Assembly (NCBI GenBank): GCA_003133025.1
Contig: PKZK01000080.1
Coordinates: 485 to 12,082, forward strand
DNA length: 11,598 nucleotides
Direction: 5' to 3'
Source of the DNA: Vulcanimicrobiota bacterium
Lineage (GTDB): Bacteria; Vulcanimicrobiota; Vulcanimicrobiia; Vulcanimicrobiales; Vulcanimicrobiaceae
Within the stretch, counting starts at the first letter, position 1, and every line of letters starts with the position of its first letter. Below are positions 9,556-11,598 of this stretch, piece by piece. Below the pieces are notes generated by a model that was not told the origin of the DNA, ran no database searches, and saw only the letters and a program-made list of their open reading frames with translations. Position numbers and translations under genes: made by a program.

Positions 9556-10368
9556 TTACAGCGCCAATCGCGTCAGGAACGTCTCGTGGTTGTACGACGC
9601 CGAATCGCCGAACTTGACGACGACCGTCTTGCTCGGCGGATCGATGTAGAGCGCCTGGCCGCGCGCGCCGCTCGCGTAGACGAGCGCCGGTCTTGCGGCG
9701 ATCGGGCTCAGCCAAAAGCCGAGGCCGTAGCGCGGATTGGGCTTCGACCCGGTAAAGCACTCGGCGAAGCGCTCCGCGTTGTCGACGATGTAGCGGCCAT
9801 ATTTCAGCCATTCGCCCGCGCCGAGCTGCGCGCCGGTCGGTAACGGCTGCGTGCCGTCTTTGAGCGTGCGCCACGACGCGACGTGCAAGCCGATGGGGTC
9901 GAGGAGCTTCTCGGTCAGATACGCCTGCGGCGAGCGGCCGGCTTTGCGCGCGAAGACCGCGCCGAAGACCTGGAGCGGAATCCCGCCGTACGTGAACGTT
10001 TTGCCCGGTTCGTCCTTGAGTTGCGTCGCGATCGCGCGGTCGACCGTGGGTACCGCGTTGCCCAGGCCGCCGAAACCGATGCCGCTGGTCAGGTTGAGGA
10101 GTTGGCGCAAGGTCACGCGCGTGCGCACGCCGTCCTTCCACTCCCCGAGGGTCTTCGAGACCGGCTCGTCGAGTTCGAGCAGGCCCTCGTCGCGCGCGAT
10201 CACCGCAACGGCGCCCCAAAAACTCTTCGTGCCGCTGTACAACGCATGCGGCTTCTCGCGATCGAAACCGCCGGCGTAGCGTTCCAGCAGCACCTTGCCC
10301 GCGCGTTCGACGATCAGCGCTTCGAGCGTATGCCGGCGCGCGTACGTTTCGGCGGCTTCGAGATTCAT
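9556..10368 (-). CDS. Serine hydrolase, beta-lactamase-related (AmpC/NylB-like esterase/amidase)
   Basis: Start re-assigned to ATG at 10368 (ATGA overlap with the LysE stop), giving 270 aa. SxxK motif YSGTKS, VTLRQLLNLTSG, EPGKTFTYGG, YGLGFW, ASGARGQALYIDP. No signal peptide. Confidence 0.85.
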   Translation of the reverse strand: MNLEAAETYARRHTLEALIVERAGKVLLERYAGGFDREKPHALYSGTKSFWGAVAVIARDEGLLELDEPVSKTLGEWKDGVRTRVTLRQLLNLTSGIGFGGLGNAVPTVDRAIATQLKDEPGKTFTYGGIPLQVFGAVFARKAGRSPQAYLTEKLLDPIGLHVASWRTLKDGTQPLPTGAQLGAGEWLKYGRYIVDNAERFAECFTGSKPNPRYGLGFWLSPIAARPALVYASGARGQALYIDPPSKTVVVKFGDSASYNHETFLTRLAL

Positions 10369-10991
10369 CGGGCGACCGGGAGCGGCTCGCGCGCGATGCG
10401 CGAGGCGATCCAGAGCAGCGCAGCCCCGCCGCAGCGTTCGATCCACAGTGCGCCGCGCGCGGCCACCGAGCTGCGCCGCAAACGGTCGGCAGCGAGGGTG
10501 TAGCCCGAAAGCACGCTGAGTTCGACGACCGCCCCGGCCAGCGTCAAGACGGCGATCTGCGGCGCGAGCGCGGCACGGGGGTCCACGAACTGGGGCAGGA
10601 CGGCGGCAAAGAACACGATGGCTTTCGGGTTCGCGAGCTGGGTCACGAGACCGCTTGCGAAGGCCCTACCCGGCTCGCCGCGCGGCGCATCGGTCCGTTC
10701 GATCCGCGGCGCTTCGCGTGCGAACAACGCCCGCAGGCCGACGAACGCGAGGTACGCCGCACCCGCGTATTTGACGAACGTGAAGACTCGATACGAAGCG
10801 AGCAGGACGGCGACGATCCCGAGGCCGGAGAGGATGAAATACAGCGTGTTGCCGGCGAGTATGCCCGCGGCCGCGGCCAAACCGGCGCGCTTGCCCCGGC
10901 GCAGCGCGTACGACGTGGTCAGCAACACGGCCGGGCCCGGGATCAAGCACAGCGTCAGTTCCAGCAGCACGAACGCGGCGAGCGTATTCAT
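10365..10991 (-). CDS. LysE/RhtB family translocator (amino acid/homoserine lactone efflux)
   Basis: Start re-assigned to ATG at 10991, giving 208 aa. Motifs IPGPAVLL, KYAGAAYLAFVG, GLVTQLANPKAIVFF..LPQF; about six hydrophobic helices. Confidence 0.92.
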   Translation of the reverse strand: MNTLAAFVLLELTLCLIPGPAVLLTTSYALRRGKRAGLAAAAGILAGNTLYFILSGLGIVAVLLASYRVFTFVKYAGAAYLAFVGLRALFAREAPRIERTDAPRGEPGRAFASGLVTQLANPKAIVFFAAVLPQFVDPRAALAPQIAVLTLAGAVVELSVLSGYTLAADRLRRSSVAARGALWIERCGGAALLWIASRIAREPLPVAR

Positions 10992-11090
10992 CCTTCCAAC
11001 CTCTGGAGTGTGACCCGCGGCGGCCGGAGTGCTCCGTACCCCGCTCGAACGGGCAAGTGACCCCGATTCCCGATTGAGGAGCCCGAATCC

Positions 11091-11598
11091 ATGCAGCCAC
11101 GAACGACGACCGCGCTCGCCGCCCTGACGCTTGCGCTGCATGCGGCTACCCCGGCCGATGCGGCCTCAGCCCGGCTCCTGGCCTACTACGGATATTGGGA
11201 CCAGTGGAATTCGCCGGCCTATACGTCGGCCAACATCCCGTTCAACGAACTGACCCACATCATTCACGACGGCGTCGTGGTCGAAGCCAAGGGCACGGGC
11301 GCGATCAAGATTCCCAAGGGGTTTCTCGAGCCGGCTTTGCTCTCCAAAGCGCACGCCGCGGGCGATAAGGTCATCCTCAACGTCTCCGGAAGCGCCGGGG
11401 CTTTCGCCAAGGTTGCCGCCAACGCAAACGCGCGCACGGCGTTTGCGAACAACGCGCTGGCGCTCGTGAACAAGTACGGCTACGACGGCCTCGACATCGA
11501 TTGGGAGGTGCCGAGCGCAAAGGGTAAAGCCAACTGCACCGCCTTCTTCCAAGCGCTGCGCGCCGCGCTGCCCGCCGGTAAGTATTTGCTGACGCTCG
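11091..11598 (+). CDS. Secreted glycoside hydrolase family 18 (chitinase-like), runs off the window's right edge
   Basis: Not in the ORF track because it has no stop in the window. Manual translation: MQPRTTTALAALTLALHAATPADAASARLLAYYGYWDQW...IPFNELTHII...AHAAGDKVILNVSG...ARTAFANNALALVNKYGYDGLDIDWEVP. Catalytic DGLDIDWE at 11484-11507, Sec-type signal peptide, SD GAGGAG at 11076-11081. Confidence 0.9.
   Translation, partial: MQPRTTTALAALTLALHAATPADAASARLLAYYGYWDQWNSPAYTSANIPFNELTHIIHDGVVVEAKGTGAIKIPKGFLEPALLSKAHAAGDKVILNVSGSAGAFAKVAANANARTAFANNALALVNKYGYDGLDIDWEVPSAKGKANCTAFFQALRAALPAGKYLLTL

Noticed and set aside
9556..10368. Beta-lactam resistance gene ampC
   Set aside because: No signal peptide, no YxN or KTG motifs. 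It fits the esterase/amidase branch of the fold better.
10369..11141. Upstream starts at 10446 (hydrolase) and 11141 (LysE) from the ORF track
   Set aside because: The extensions overlap neighbouring genes and are non-homologous-looking. Starts at 10368 and 10991 give an ATGA coupling and a typical LysE length.

Overview
GC-rich bacterial chromosomal window, densely coding, with 12 supportable CDS and no RNA genes, mobile elements or CRISPR arrays. From left to right: a truncated cytidylate-kinase-like gene on the minus strand, divergent from a BchL/ChlL-type Fe protein (the reductase component of dark-operative protochlorophyllide reductase). That gene has no bchN, bchB or other pigment gene in the window. 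It is followed by seven closely spaced + strand genes: a long-chain-alcohol-oxidase-like GMC oxidoreductase, a DUF202 membrane protein, a DUF2231-Rieske fusion, an ABC ATPase, a single ABC-2 permease, a MerA/RclA-like flavin disulfide reductase and a family-5 solute-binding lipoprotein. A convergent minus-strand LysE exporter/serine hydrolase pair and a truncated secreted GH18 glycoside hydrolase close the window. The most notable feature is the orphan, somewhat divergent bchL. It suggests either a phototroph with dispersed pigment genes or a repurposed nitrogenase-like reductase. All family calls come from motif recognition; no database searches were run.
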